NCBI GenBank assembly: GCA_017610175.1
Contig: JAFCCO010000009.1
Location: forward strand, 1 to 55,035
Origin: Candidatus Iainarchaeum sp.
GTDB taxonomy: Archaea; Iainarchaeota; Iainarchaeia; Iainarchaeales; GCA-2688035
Length of the DNA stretch: 55,035 bases
Direction: 5' to 3'
The notes below the pieces were generated by a model, which worked only from the letters and a program-made list of their open reading frames with translations, was not told the origin of the DNA and did not search any database. Position numbers and translations under genes: made by a program. How positions within the stretch are numbered: position 1 is the stretch's first letter; each line of letters begins with the position of its first letter. This document shows positions 36,022 through 45,095 of the stretch, piece by piece.

Positions 36022-36043
36022 ACCATTTAAGGCGCTGAACCAA

Positions 36044-37306
36044 ATGACTGAATTCAATTGTGACCTGCACTTTCATGGCCCCTACAGCACAGGGGTTTCA
36101 AAAAACATGCTAATCCCGATAATTGCGGAGCAAAGCAGGCTCAAGGGGCTGGACGTTTGCGGGACAGCCGACATCCTGCAGGGAACCTGGTTCAAGCACC
36201 TGAAAGAAAACATAATTGAAAGCGGAAACGGGCTGTTCACAGACAGGGAAGAGCGCGTTCATTTCATCCCGCAGGTTGAGGTCCAATGCAATAAGAGGGT
36301 GCACCACCTTGTTTTTCTGCCGGACTTTGCAAGCGCGGAAAACCTGAAGAAAAGCCTTGAGGGAAAAGCGATATTTGACTCATGGGGCTGCGGGCGGCCG
36401 GTAATAAGGCTCAGTGCGGAGGAAATCGCAGGCAATGTAAAGGACGTTGGTGGAATCATCGGGCCCGCGCATGCATTCACCCCCTACTTTTCAGTCTACG
36501 CGCACTTTGATTCAATAAGGGAACTTTACGGCTCAATGGAAAAGGAAATAAGTTTTCTGGAGCTTGGGCTAAGCGCGGACACAGAGTTTGCGGACGCAAT
36601 TCCGGAAAACCGCAAATACCAGTTCCTGACAAATTCGGACTCCCACTCACCCTGGCCGTACAGGATTGGACGCGAGTTTACAAGAATTGAATTGCGCAAG
36701 CCATGCTTTAAGGAACTGAAGGGTGCGCTTGAGAAAAAGGAAGAGAAAAAAATAAAGCTCAACGTAGGCCTTGACCCAAGGGAGGGGAAGTACCATGAGA
36801 CCGCATGCAATGCATGCTATGCAAAGTACTCACTCAAGGAAGCGGAGAGCCTGAACTGGCGCTGCCCATCCTGCAGGGGCTCAATTAAGCGAGGGGTGCG
36901 CGACAGGATTGAAATGCTTTCAGACGGGCAAAGCAGGCACCCTGATTTCAGGCCCGAGTACCTTCACTCAATTCCGCTTGCCGAAATAATTCAGCTCGCC
37001 CTTGAGGTAAAGGGAATCAACACAAGAAAAGTGCAGGGGCTTTGGAGGGAATTCATTGACCTGTTCGGGAACGAAATCAAGGTTCTTGTGGAGGTTAAAG
37101 AGAAAGAGCTTGCAGCTGTAAACAAGGAGGTTGCAAGGGACATTGTTTCATTCAGGAACGGATGGGTCTACTACATTGCAGGCGGCGGCGGGCAGTACGG
37201 CAAGCCGGTTATCTGCAAGTCCAAAGAAGAGTTTGAAGCAAGGGAAAAAGAACTGGAAGCCGAGGAAAAAAAGCAGGGCCTGCAAAAAAGCCTTGGGCGG
37301 TTTTAA
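36044..37306 (+). CDS. endoQ: Endonuclease Q family (TIGR00375; PHP plus Zn finger)
   Basis: DLHFH..YS, PAHAFTP, ELGLSAD, NSDSHSP..RIGREF, GKYH.TAC..C, CPSC...I..GV.DRI, GGGGQYG. Confidence 0.9.
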   Translation: MTEFNCDLHFHGPYSTGVSKNMLIPIIAEQSRLKGLDVCGTADILQGTWFKHLKENIIESGNGLFTDREERVHFIPQVEVQCNKRVHHLVFLPDFASAENLKKSLEGKAIFDSWGCGRPVIRLSAEEIAGNVKDVGGIIGPAHAFTPYFSVYAHFDSIRELYGSMEKEISFLELGLSADTEFADAIPENRKYQFLTNSDSHSPWPYRIGREFTRIELRKPCFKELKGALEKKEEKKIKLNVGLDPREGKYHETACNACYAKYSLKEAESLNWRCPSCRGSIKRGVRDRIEMLSDGQSRHPDFRPEYLHSIPLAEIIQLALEVKGINTRKVQGLWREFIDLFGNEIKVLVEVKEKELAAVNKEVARDIVSFRNGWVYYIAGGGGQYGKPVICKSKEEFEAREKELEAEEKKQGLQKSLGRF

Positions 37307-37307
37307 A

Positions 37308-38081
37308 TCAGCGGACATAGCTTGGGTAGCTTGTGTCCTCTTCATCCACCTGCTCAAACTGTTCAGCAAGTTGCTTGAAAGCGGACTCAATGTTCTTGCT
37401 GTCCTCAACAATGTCGGTCATGTCAACCTTGAAGCCAAACCTTTTGACAAGCATCTCAACAAGCGTTTTTGCTGAACCGTGGTCGCCGTAAATAAGGTTT
37501 GAATTTGTTTCACCCATTAAACAGGCCCCTTCAAGCCCGCGTTCCTTTGCGATTCCAAGAAGCAGCCCCGCCGCCCCTGAAATTAAGCCCTCTTTCTTGT
37601 CGGACTTTGCCCCAACTTCCTTAAACCAAGCAAGAAGGTTCTTGTTTGTTGCGGCAACAATTACGCCGGGCTCTTTCTCCATTCGCTTGTTGCCAATGTT
37701 TATTCCGGCAAGTGTAAAAATCTTTTTTACACCAATTCCCTCCACAGCCTTAACAAGGGTTGCGGCAAACTCGTGGTGCTCCTGCCCCATGCCAATGCGT
37801 GCGTCAAGCGATGGCTGCACAGGCCCCACCAGGAAAAGGTAGTCCTTTTTGTCAAACTTGAATGCATAAAGCTCGTCGTGGATTAAATTAATCAAGCCGC
37901 TTTTTGTGTGAACGCTTGGGGGAAAGCTGTCTGAAAAAATAAGCGCAATCTTTCTTGCCTTAAACTGCTTTAGGAGATAGTCAACCGAGATTTTCCCAAC
38001 AAGCCCTATTCCAGGGAGCCCTGTAAACAAAACCGCGTCCTTAAATGATTCCTTTTTCAAAAACATCACACTTGTTGGCAT
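37308..38081 (-). CDS. PAC2-family proteasome assembly chaperone
   Basis: GLPGIGLVGKI, FPP.V, G.VQP, ISGAAGLLLG, CLMGET. Confidence 0.9.
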   Translation of the reverse strand: MPTSVMFLKKESFKDAVLFTGLPGIGLVGKISVDYLLKQFKARKIALIFSDSFPPSVHTKSGLINLIHDELYAFKFDKKDYLFLVGPVQPSLDARIGMGQEHHEFAATLVKAVEGIGVKKIFTLAGINIGNKRMEKEPGVIVAATNKNLLAWFKEVGAKSDKKEGLISGAAGLLLGIAKERGLEGACLMGETNSNLIYGDHGSAKTLVEMLVKRFGFKVDMTDIVEDSKNIESAFKQLAEQFEQVDEEDTSYPSYVR

Positions 38082-38869
38082 TAGTCTTCCACCTCAAAAC
38101 TTGCATCTCCGCCTTTTGACTTTACAAAGTCAATAACTTTTTCGGCCGCTGAATTCAGCACCTTTTCAGAGGTTTTGAATTCGGGGCTTGTTGCCTTAAG
38201 CAAATACTTTCCGCTTCCGAGATAGAGAATTTCAATCTCAGCACCCTTCTGCTTTGCAAGCCCTTTGGAGAGGGCTTCCTTAACAATCTCGATTCCGTTT
38301 GGGGCAACAACCTTAATCTTGAGTTTTCCCTTCTTTATTTTTATTGGAACTGTAACGCTCTTTTCAATCATTTCAAGCAACGGTTTCATCCAGGCCTTTG
38401 GAACCCCTTCGGCCGCGTTCTCGCCCAGGAGTGCAATTTTTTGGAAAGCCTCCACAAGCGAACCATACTTTTTAATTAACGGTTCCGCAATATCGTCCCA
38501 GGCATCATCAAAAGATTTCTTTTCACGCTTGGCAAGTGTTTCAATTAGCTTTTTCTCTCTCTTGAACTGCTTGAATTCGTTTATTTTTGCACGCTGTGCC
38601 GAACCCGAGACCTTTGTAAGGCTCAGGTCAATCTGGTTCTTGTACTTGTCAATGCTTTGGACCTTTGCAGCCCTTGTTTGGCCCTCTTTCACAAAGTTCC
38701 TGATGTTTTTCACCCAGCCGGATGTGACCTGGCTGATGTGGACAAACCCCTTTAGGTTGTCGTACTCGAGGAGTTCCGCAAAGGCACCGTAGCCTAGAAC
38801 GTTGATTATCTTAACTACGACTACTTCCCCAATGTCCGGAAACTCCTGCTCTTCTTGCATAAAACTCAT
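38081..38869 (-). CDS. eif2a: Translation initiation factor aIF2 alpha
   Basis: FPDIGEVVV, YGAFAELLEY, GFVHISQV..GWVKNIR, IDLSL, GSGKY. Confidence 0.95.
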   Translation of the reverse strand: MSFMQEEQEFPDIGEVVVVKIINVLGYGAFAELLEYDNLKGFVHISQVTSGWVKNIRNFVKEGQTRAAKVQSIDKYKNQIDLSLTKVSGSAQRAKINEFKQFKREKKLIETLAKREKKSFDDAWDDIAEPLIKKYGSLVEAFQKIALLGENAAEGVPKAWMKPLLEMIEKSVTVPIKIKKGKLKIKVVAPNGIEIVKEALSKGLAKQKGAEIEILYLGSGKYLLKATSPEFKTSEKVLNSAAEKVIDFVKSKGGDASFEVED

Positions 38870-39060
38870 TCCATTTCCTTTACAACTTTTGCCTTAAGCT
38901 TTACTTTCCCACCCTTGCTTTCTGCAAGAATGTTGTTGCAGGCCAGGCATTTTACGTCACGGTTTGCGTTGCTGAAAATTGTCTGCTCGTTTCCGCACCC
39001 CGCGCACTTAACCTTCAAAAACTTTGTTTTTGGCTTTGGTATTTCACCCTTGTTTTCCAT
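38866..39060 (-). CDS. rps27e: 30S ribosomal protein eS27
   Basis: PKTKFLKVKCAGCGNEQTIFS.....VKCLAC...LA...GGK. GGAGG RBS before ATG 39060. Confidence 0.95.
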   Translation of the reverse strand: MENKGEIPKPKTKFLKVKCAGCGNEQTIFSNANRDVKCLACNNILAESKGGKVKLKAKVVKEME

Positions 39061-39073
39061 TTTACTGCCTCCT

Positions 39074-39616
39074 TTACTTCTCTTTGGCAAGTTTCCTTGT
39101 CACAAGCAGGTCCGCAACCTTTGAAGGGACCGAAACAGCTTCATCAACTGCAAACGGGCCGTATTCCTTCATATCCGGGCCGACAAAAACCGGAACCTCT
39201 TTTATTATTTTGAGGTCCTTTGGCTTTAACTCGTCAAGTTTTCCCTTTCCAGGCTCAAAAGCCTGCAACAAAGAGTCTCTGTGCTTATTCAATACTGCCA
39301 GCAATTCTTTAAAAGTCTTCTTCTCCTGGGCCGCAAGCCTTTCCTTGCTTTCCTCGCCCGTTCTGCTTGCAAGAAGTGCCCTCATTAAGAGCTTTTTCTC
39401 GCGCAGGGAAAAAATTTCCTCAACAATTTTTTTTACGTTTGCAAAGGTCCTTGCCTTTGCGGGTGAAAATTCCTTGAGGCTTGCAAGGTACTTTTTCTTC
39501 TCGCCCTGAATGAACAGGGTGAGTGAATCGTAAAAGTCCTCATCAATGTCCACAAGCCTGGAAGTGTTTTTTTCAAGCCTGTAAATCTGCCTCAGCTTGT
39601 CGTAATCAAGTTCCAT
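39074..39616 (-). CDS. gins: GINS complex subunit (Gins51/Gins15-type)
   Basis: L..I...EK....L..I..DFY, R.KKL, C-terminal VP.FVGPD.KEYGPF...V.VP..VA.LL; follows priS. Confidence 0.82.
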   Translation of the reverse strand: MELDYDKLRQIYRLEKNTSRLVDIDEDFYDSLTLFIQGEKKKYLASLKEFSPAKARTFANVKKIVEEIFSLREKKLLMRALLASRTGEESKERLAAQEKKTFKELLAVLNKHRDSLLQAFEPGKGKLDELKPKDLKIIKEVPVFVGPDMKEYGPFAVDEAVSVPSKVADLLVTRKLAKEK

Positions 39617-39620
39617 TCAG

Positions 39621-40838
39621 CTACCCCACCAGATTTGCCCGCCTTTTCGCAACCAAGTAGATTGCGGCATAAAGAGGCAATTTTGCCTCCTCCTCATTAA
39701 ACGGCCCAAACCAGTTTCCCTTCAAGTAGATTTTGGGCGACTTGTTAATAAAAACCTTTACACTTTCATCCGAAAACACAACAGTGTCGCTTAAGGGGTC
39801 AAATTCCTTGAACTCCTCCCGCGAAAAAGATTTGGCAAGAAGCCCTGTTCCGCCGTGCAAGGTGTCCGGAACGCGGATTATTTTCCTTATGTCAGCGCTT
39901 GTCTGCCTGTCAATGTCCAAAGTGTTTGATGAAACAAGGTGTGAGAGAATTGACTCCCAGAACTGCTTGTTCTTTCTTCCAGATATCGAGTAAAGAATTC
40001 CCTTTTCCCTCATAGCAGCAAGAACCTGTTCCTTGTTGGCGAGAAGCTCCTTTGCCTTCTTAACGCTTATTCCCCCAAAAGCGGCAATCTTTGAGGAATC
40101 CCCCTCCCCCAGAAGCTTTTCAAGCAAAACAAGCAGCCTCTTTCCCCAACCCTTTGCCTGTTTTGGATATGGGCAGAAGAAAGTTTTTTCGCTCTCGTAA
40201 AAGCCCTGCTTTGCAAAATCAAGACCCTTTGCGGTGAGGTAGTCAAGCAGTTCAATTCTTGCCTCATGGCTCAAATCTTTTACCGAATCGCCGCGCAGGT
40301 GAATGTGGTAACCTGCATTCCCCGAAAAGTTCAGTGAAATTCCCTTATCCAAACCTAAGTCGTTTTCAAGCAGGTCAAGCAAAACAAAGGATTGCTTTCT
40401 GGTTGCATCCAAGCACTCGGGGCAAAACCACTGCTCCTTTTTCACAGGGGTTCCGCACTTCGGGCAGTTGTCCAAGGACCCCTTTCCCGTCCCCTCGCAC
40501 TTTGGGCAGGACCACGAATCGTGCCTTTGCTTGCACTCGGTTTTCAAGTCATCCGCATCAAACTCATAAATCAAGTCCGCGCCAAGAAAGCTCTTGCTTG
40601 ACATCGGGCTTCGCTCCGGAAACTCGTAGTATGCAAGGCTGTATGAAATAAAGAGCGGTGCCTGCTCGCGAAGGTAGGTGTTTAGTTCCGAATCGCTCTG
40701 GAATGAAAGGTGCCGCCTTGAAATCTTTTTTCCAAAGTCACCAACCCCAAATTCACGCTGTGAAATTGCCGGAACAGACAGGTCGGACTTTGCGTAAAAG
40801 TTTCTGAAATTTTTGCTCACAAACTGCTCTTCATTCAT
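39621..40838 (-). CDS. priS: DNA primase small (catalytic) subunit
   Basis: REFG, RHLSF, YS.AYY..P, GADLIYEFDAD, FSGNAGYH, ID...SAD..KIIRVPDTLHGGTGL. Confidence 0.92.
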   Translation of the reverse strand: MNEEQFVSKNFRNFYAKSDLSVPAISQREFGVGDFGKKISRRHLSFQSDSELNTYLREQAPLFISYSLAYYEFPERSPMSSKSFLGADLIYEFDADDLKTECKQRHDSWSCPKCEGTGKGSLDNCPKCGTPVKKEQWFCPECLDATRKQSFVLLDLLENDLGLDKGISLNFSGNAGYHIHLRGDSVKDLSHEARIELLDYLTAKGLDFAKQGFYESEKTFFCPYPKQAKGWGKRLLVLLEKLLGEGDSSKIAAFGGISVKKAKELLANKEQVLAAMREKGILYSISGRKNKQFWESILSHLVSSNTLDIDRQTSADIRKIIRVPDTLHGGTGLLAKSFSREEFKEFDPLSDTVVFSDESVKVFINKSPKIYLKGNWFGPFNEEEAKLPLYAAIYLVAKRRANLVG

Positions 40839-40853
40839 TTAGTTCGCCTTCAC

Positions 40854-41897
40854 TTATTTCGCCTTCTTATCCTCATTCTTCGCCTTCTTTTCATCGGCTT
40901 TCTCTTTTGCAGCAAGCCCCTTAAGCTGCCTGCGGTAGTAGCTAAGCGGATGCCTTACATTGCATCCGGGGTCCTCACAAATCCCGTAGGTCTTAATTTT
41001 TTCACAGCTTGCGGGGGAATAATTTTGCGCGGCAATTCTCTTTATTTGGTAGCTTGCAATTTTCTCATCATAATTGGGGGACTTTTTGAATGCATCAAGA
41101 ATTGAGCGCTCGGGCATTCCAACCGCATTGAGAAAAGTCGCAAGGAAAAAGCGGGACATGTGGGGAAGGCTTTGCCCTGCAAGCTGTTTCTTGTAGAGCG
41201 AGGCAATGCATGGGGGGAACGCGTTTGGGTTAATCTTTCCCTCAACCTTGAAGTTGTATGCTTCGGTGTAGGTTTTTTTGCGGGAGTCAAGCTGGCTTGC
41301 AAAACTCTTGTAGATTGGCGGCAGGCCGGATGTTTTCACGGGCAAATCGTCGAAAACTTTTGTGTAAACAAATTCGCTTAGGAATCTGCAGAAAAGATTT
41401 ATGTTGAGCAAAACCACCCCCCTTTCAACACACTGGTTGACAAGCTTAAGCGAAGGGTGCCTGAATTTAATTGAGAGGAATTGCTCAAGCGGCATTGAAA
41501 CAAAAAAGCTGCCCTCCGCAATCCCAAAATCAATTGAAAGGTCTTCTGCAAGGTCGAGCGCAAGCTGTTTTCTGTCCTTTGCCTGCTCAAGATAAGCAAA
41601 TGTCGACTTTGCAACCATGGATGCAAAGCCCTTGAAGAGCATGGGCTCATTCATTAGTGAAATGATGATTTTTGAAACAGGGAAAGCGATAATTTCCTGC
41701 TCAAGAAGGTCGGAACTGTTTATTATTTGGGGCATGTATTCCTTTTTCTTGAAAGCGTGCGAAACCACAATCTTTGCGCGGTTCATTGTTTCCTCGGAAA
41801 CATCCTCCAGCGAAAGCTTTAACTCCCGAAGAACGGCCTTTGCCCTGTTTGTAAAAGGAAACATCTGCGCAAAACGCAACCTCTCAATTGAAGCCAT
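40854..41897 (-). CDS. priL: DNA primase large subunit
   Basis: FPF...A, L.LVNQ.V.RG.V, FPPCI, L.H.SRF.LATFL, PASCEKIKTYGIC....C..RHPL.YY. Confidence 0.93.
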   Translation of the reverse strand: MASIERLRFAQMFPFTNRAKAVLRELKLSLEDVSEETMNRAKIVVSHAFKKKEYMPQIINSSDLLEQEIIAFPVSKIIISLMNEPMLFKGFASMVAKSTFAYLEQAKDRKQLALDLAEDLSIDFGIAEGSFFVSMPLEQFLSIKFRHPSLKLVNQCVERGVVLLNINLFCRFLSEFVYTKVFDDLPVKTSGLPPIYKSFASQLDSRKKTYTEAYNFKVEGKINPNAFPPCIASLYKKQLAGQSLPHMSRFFLATFLNAVGMPERSILDAFKKSPNYDEKIASYQIKRIAAQNYSPASCEKIKTYGICEDPGCNVRHPLSYYRRQLKGLAAKEKADEKKAKNEDKKAK

Positions 41898-41938
41898 AGT
41901 AAAAGAACTGTGTTAAAAAGAATAAAAATGGGACACAA

Positions 41939-42664
41939 TTAGAGAATCATATGCGCAAGGTGGAACTCTATGGGTGAGCTGCCAATCTTGTAACTAACGC
42001 GCATCGGGGCGTCGCTTTTGAGCTCAAGCTTGATTTTCTTGTTAGGATCCGCCTCTTTGACAACATTCTGCAGGAAATTGAGGCTGTACTTGCTTACAAC
42101 TTCAGCATTGCAGGTAACCGAAACCTGCTTTGTCTGCTTTGCAACGATTTTCAGTGTCCCTGAGCTTCCCCTTGCCTCAATGAAGAGCTCGTTTCCCTTA
42201 ACCCTGAGCACAACACTGCTTCCAAAAAGGGAGGCGTCCTTTAATGCCTCCTTAAAAATTCGGCCGTTTATTTCAATGGTTGCGTCAAAGTTTGAGGTTG
42301 GAAGATTTACATCATTGTCGCTTACATCAATTAGCGGGAGTGAAAAGCTTCTGCTCATAGCCCCATCAAGCCGGAGGTTCATTTCAGAATCACTTAAGTT
42401 AAGAATAAGCTTGTCGTTGGGCATGCTTCTTGAAAGGATTTTGCTAAGCTCAACCATGTCAACCCCGACAAATGTCGGCTCCAAAGAGTACTTCTCAAAA
42501 ACCTTTTTGTCCATTGAAAAGTTTACCAAAACAATCTGGCTTGGGTCAATTGCCCTGAATTTTATCCCATCATCTGAAAAGCGAAAGTTGCCCTCAGATA
42601 TAAATGAAGAAATCGCGTCAATTGCTTTCCTTAAATGTTCAATATTCTTCAGCTCAATAGCCAT
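41939..42664 (-). CDS. pcn: PCNA sliding clamp, divergent paralogue
   Basis: AIDPSQIVLV, F.LPLID, SKYSLNFL, L.SDAPM; C-terminus FHLAHMIL instead of LAPR. Confidence 0.9.
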   Translation of the reverse strand: MAIELKNIEHLRKAIDAISSFISEGNFRFSDDGIKFRAIDPSQIVLVNFSMDKKVFEKYSLEPTFVGVDMVELSKILSRSMPNDKLILNLSDSEMNLRLDGAMSRSFSLPLIDVSDNDVNLPTSNFDATIEINGRIFKEALKDASLFGSSVVLRVKGNELFIEARGSSGTLKIVAKQTKQVSVTCNAEVVSKYSLNFLQNVVKEADPNKKIKLELKSDAPMRVSYKIGSSPIEFHLAHMIL

Positions 42665-42694
42665 TTCCCAACCCAATAAGATTAGGGCTGTAAC

Positions 42695-43489
42695 TTATTT
42701 AAAACAGTTTCCCCAAAAAACAGCCGCCCCAATGGCAGTGGCATAAGCCCTGTGCTTTGGAAAAGACGGCTTAAAGCCATAGTATGCAAGCACCCTCTTC
42801 AAAGCCCTTTTAACAGCGGGAAATGCATGTGCCTTTCCCACAAAGACAATTTTTTTGTGCCGAGCCTGCTTTGCGGCAAGCGCTGCGATTACCGCATTGG
42901 TTTCCCCAACCATTGCCTGAATCCCAAGGGCAAGGTCGTTTTTTGATCCGCCAACCTTTGCAAAATTACTCGCGGTCGCATCACTGGGAACAATCCCTAT
43001 TCCGGAACCGATTGCCTCGCGCACACTCAAATCTGTTTTGCTTTTTTTTCCCTTTAAAGCAAGCCTTGAAAGTTTTTGGATTGACGAGGTTCCAACCAGT
43101 TTTTTGGACAGGCCAAGTACTGTCCCTCCCGCTAGGCCTGTGCCCCCCACATGCTTTGCCTTGCCCTGCTTCACTGAAACCATACAGGTTCCTGTCCCCA
43201 TTGAAACAACAAGTGCGGACTTTGAATTTGCAATGGTTACGCCTCCAAAACCGATTGCGTCAATCTCGCCAACCCTTGAAAATTTCTTTCCCAAAACCTT
43301 TTTCAGCGAACGGTTTGCCCCCGTAACCACAATGTGCTCAACCTTTTCCAAATCAATTTTGTTTTTGCGCAGTGCCTTTTTCAGCGCGGCCTGCGACCTT
43401 GTTTCAAGGTGGAAGGTTTTGATTGGCTTGCAGCCGCGCACAAGTGCGACATCGGTTGTGCTAATCCCAAAATCTATTCCAAGAATCAT
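42695..43489 (-). CDS. Type II (fumble/CoaW-like) pantothenate kinase
   Basis: ASKHA motifs GIDFGISTT, VVTGA, EIDAIGFGG, VVSMGTGT, HVGGTGLAGGT..GL, DL.V, TASNFAK, AIGA. Confidence 0.85.
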   Translation of the reverse strand: MILGIDFGISTTDVALVRGCKPIKTFHLETRSQAALKKALRKNKIDLEKVEHIVVTGANRSLKKVLGKKFSRVGEIDAIGFGGVTIANSKSALVVSMGTGTCMVSVKQGKAKHVGGTGLAGGTVLGLSKKLVGTSSIQKLSRLALKGKKSKTDLSVREAIGSGIGIVPSDATASNFAKVGGSKNDLALGIQAMVGETNAVIAALAAKQARHKKIVFVGKAHAFPAVKRALKRVLAYYGFKPSFPKHRAYATAIGAAVFWGNCFK

Positions 43490-44322
43490 TCAAACACCCT
43501 GTTATCAATTAATCTTGCCTTTTCAAAAAACACGGCAAGAGCGATTGCGTTCCCTGAGCCGATTTTTTCCACCGGCTTAAGGGACTCTGTTTCAAACAAT
43601 TTAACGTAATCGATTTTGCAGCCGGTTTCTGAAAGCCTGTCAATTACCGCCTGCCGCACATTAGCGGGATTGGTTTCCCCTCTTGAAAACATTTCCTGCG
43701 CAAGGGAAAGTGCCTTGTTCAGAACAGGCGCTTTTTTGCGCTCTTCTTTTGAGAGATACTTGTTTCTGCTGCTCATTGCAAGCCCATCCTCTTCCCTTAC
43801 AATGGGACAGCCAACCAGCTCCAAATCAAAGTTCAGGTCATCAACCATTTTCTTCACTATTACAAACTGCTGAAAATCCTTTAAGCCAAAGTATGCATGG
43901 GTGGGCTTTGCAATGTTGAACAGTTTTGAAACAACTGTTGTGACCCCGCGAAAGTGGCTTGGCCTTGTTTTCCCGCAAAGAACTTTTCCAAGCTCTTCAA
44001 CCTCGACAAATGTTAGGGGCTTGGAATACATTTCCCCTGTGCTTGGAAAGAAGATTGCGTCTGCATTTTCTTTTTCACACAATTCTTTGTCCCGCTCAAA
44101 GTCGCGCGGGTATGCTTTAAGGTCCTCGTTTGGCGCAAACTGTGTTGGGTTTACAAAAATGCTTACAACAACAACCTCGCATTCGGCTCTTGCTTTTTTA
44201 ACAAGGCTCAAGTGCCCTTTGTGAAGAAAGCCCATTGTGGGAACAAACCCGATTGTTTTGCCTTTGAGCCTTGCGGCATTTGAAAACGCCCGCATCTCCC
44301 TAACGGTTTTGATTACATCCAA
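43486..44322 (-). CDS. panC: Pantoate-beta-alanine ligase (bacterial-type pantothenate synthetase)
   Basis: GFVPTMGFLHKGHLSL, SIFVNPTQF, RPSHFRGV, YFGLKDFQQ, REEDGLAMSSRN.YL, RLIDN. Confidence 0.96.
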   Translation of the reverse strand: MDVIKTVREMRAFSNAARLKGKTIGFVPTMGFLHKGHLSLVKKARAECEVVVVSIFVNPTQFAPNEDLKAYPRDFERDKELCEKENADAIFFPSTGEMYSKPLTFVEVEELGKVLCGKTRPSHFRGVTTVVSKLFNIAKPTHAYFGLKDFQQFVIVKKMVDDLNFDLELVGCPIVREEDGLAMSSRNKYLSKEERKKAPVLNKALSLAQEMFSRGETNPANVRQAVIDRLSETGCKIDYVKLFETESLKPVEKIGSGNAIALAVFFEKARLIDNRVFE

Positions 44323-44327
44323 TTAGT

Positions 44328-45095
44328 TCACCCAAACGAGTTTTCTTCGGCAGGGAATTTTTCATCCAAAACATCCTGCTTAAATTCCAAGACGGCTTTT
44401 TCAATTTCTTCCGCAAGCGAGGCATATTTTTTCACAAACTTTGGCCTGAAACTGGGGTTGATGCCGAGAAGATCAGTAATAACCAGAACTTGCCCGCTGC
44501 AAAACTTTCCTGCGCCGATTCCGATTGTTGGCGCTGAAATTGATTCGGTAATTTTCTTTGCAAGCTTTGAAGGAACGCATTCAAGAACTATTGCTATTGC
44601 CCCAAGCGAATCAAGTTCCTTTGCGTCCTTTAAAATCTTTTCAGCTTCAGCTATTTCCTTTCCCTGAACGCAGTATTTCTCAGCAGTCTGGGGAAGCAAT
44701 CCAAGGTGACCCATTGCGGGAATTCCTGCTTTGGCCAGTGCCTTAATTACTTCCGGCTTGTTGCCCTCAAACTTTACAGCCAAAGCGCCTGCTTCAATCA
44801 GCCTGGTTGCATTTTTTACAGCGCTCTCACCTGTTTCGTATGAACCAATTGGCATGTCACCTATTACCGGTGTTTTTTCAACACCTCTTGCAACAGCAGC
44901 AGTGTGGCGAACCATATCATCCATAGTGACACTCTTTGTGTCCTTAAAACCGAGAACAACCATGCCAAGGCTGTCCCCAACAAGGATTAGGTCAATGCCC
45001 GCCTTTTCAACCAGCTTTGCCATGGGAAAGTCGTAGGCTGTGAGCATTGTTATTTTTTCTTTCCTGCGCAGCCATGAAAAATTTGCTTGGTTCAT
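44328..45095 (-). CDS. panB: Ketopantoate hydroxymethyltransferase
   Basis: MLTAYD, LVGDSLGMV, DMP.GSY, AVKFEG, GHLGLLPQ, PTIGIGAG..C.GQVLV..DLLG. Confidence 0.96.
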   Translation of the reverse strand: MNQANFSWLRRKEKITMLTAYDFPMAKLVEKAGIDLILVGDSLGMVVLGFKDTKSVTMDDMVRHTAAVARGVEKTPVIGDMPIGSYETGESAVKNATRLIEAGALAVKFEGNKPEVIKALAKAGIPAMGHLGLLPQTAEKYCVQGKEIAEAEKILKDAKELDSLGAIAIVLECVPSKLAKKITESISAPTIGIGAGKFCSGQVLVITDLLGINPSFRPKFVKKYASLAEEIEKAVLEFKQDVLDEKFPAEENSFG

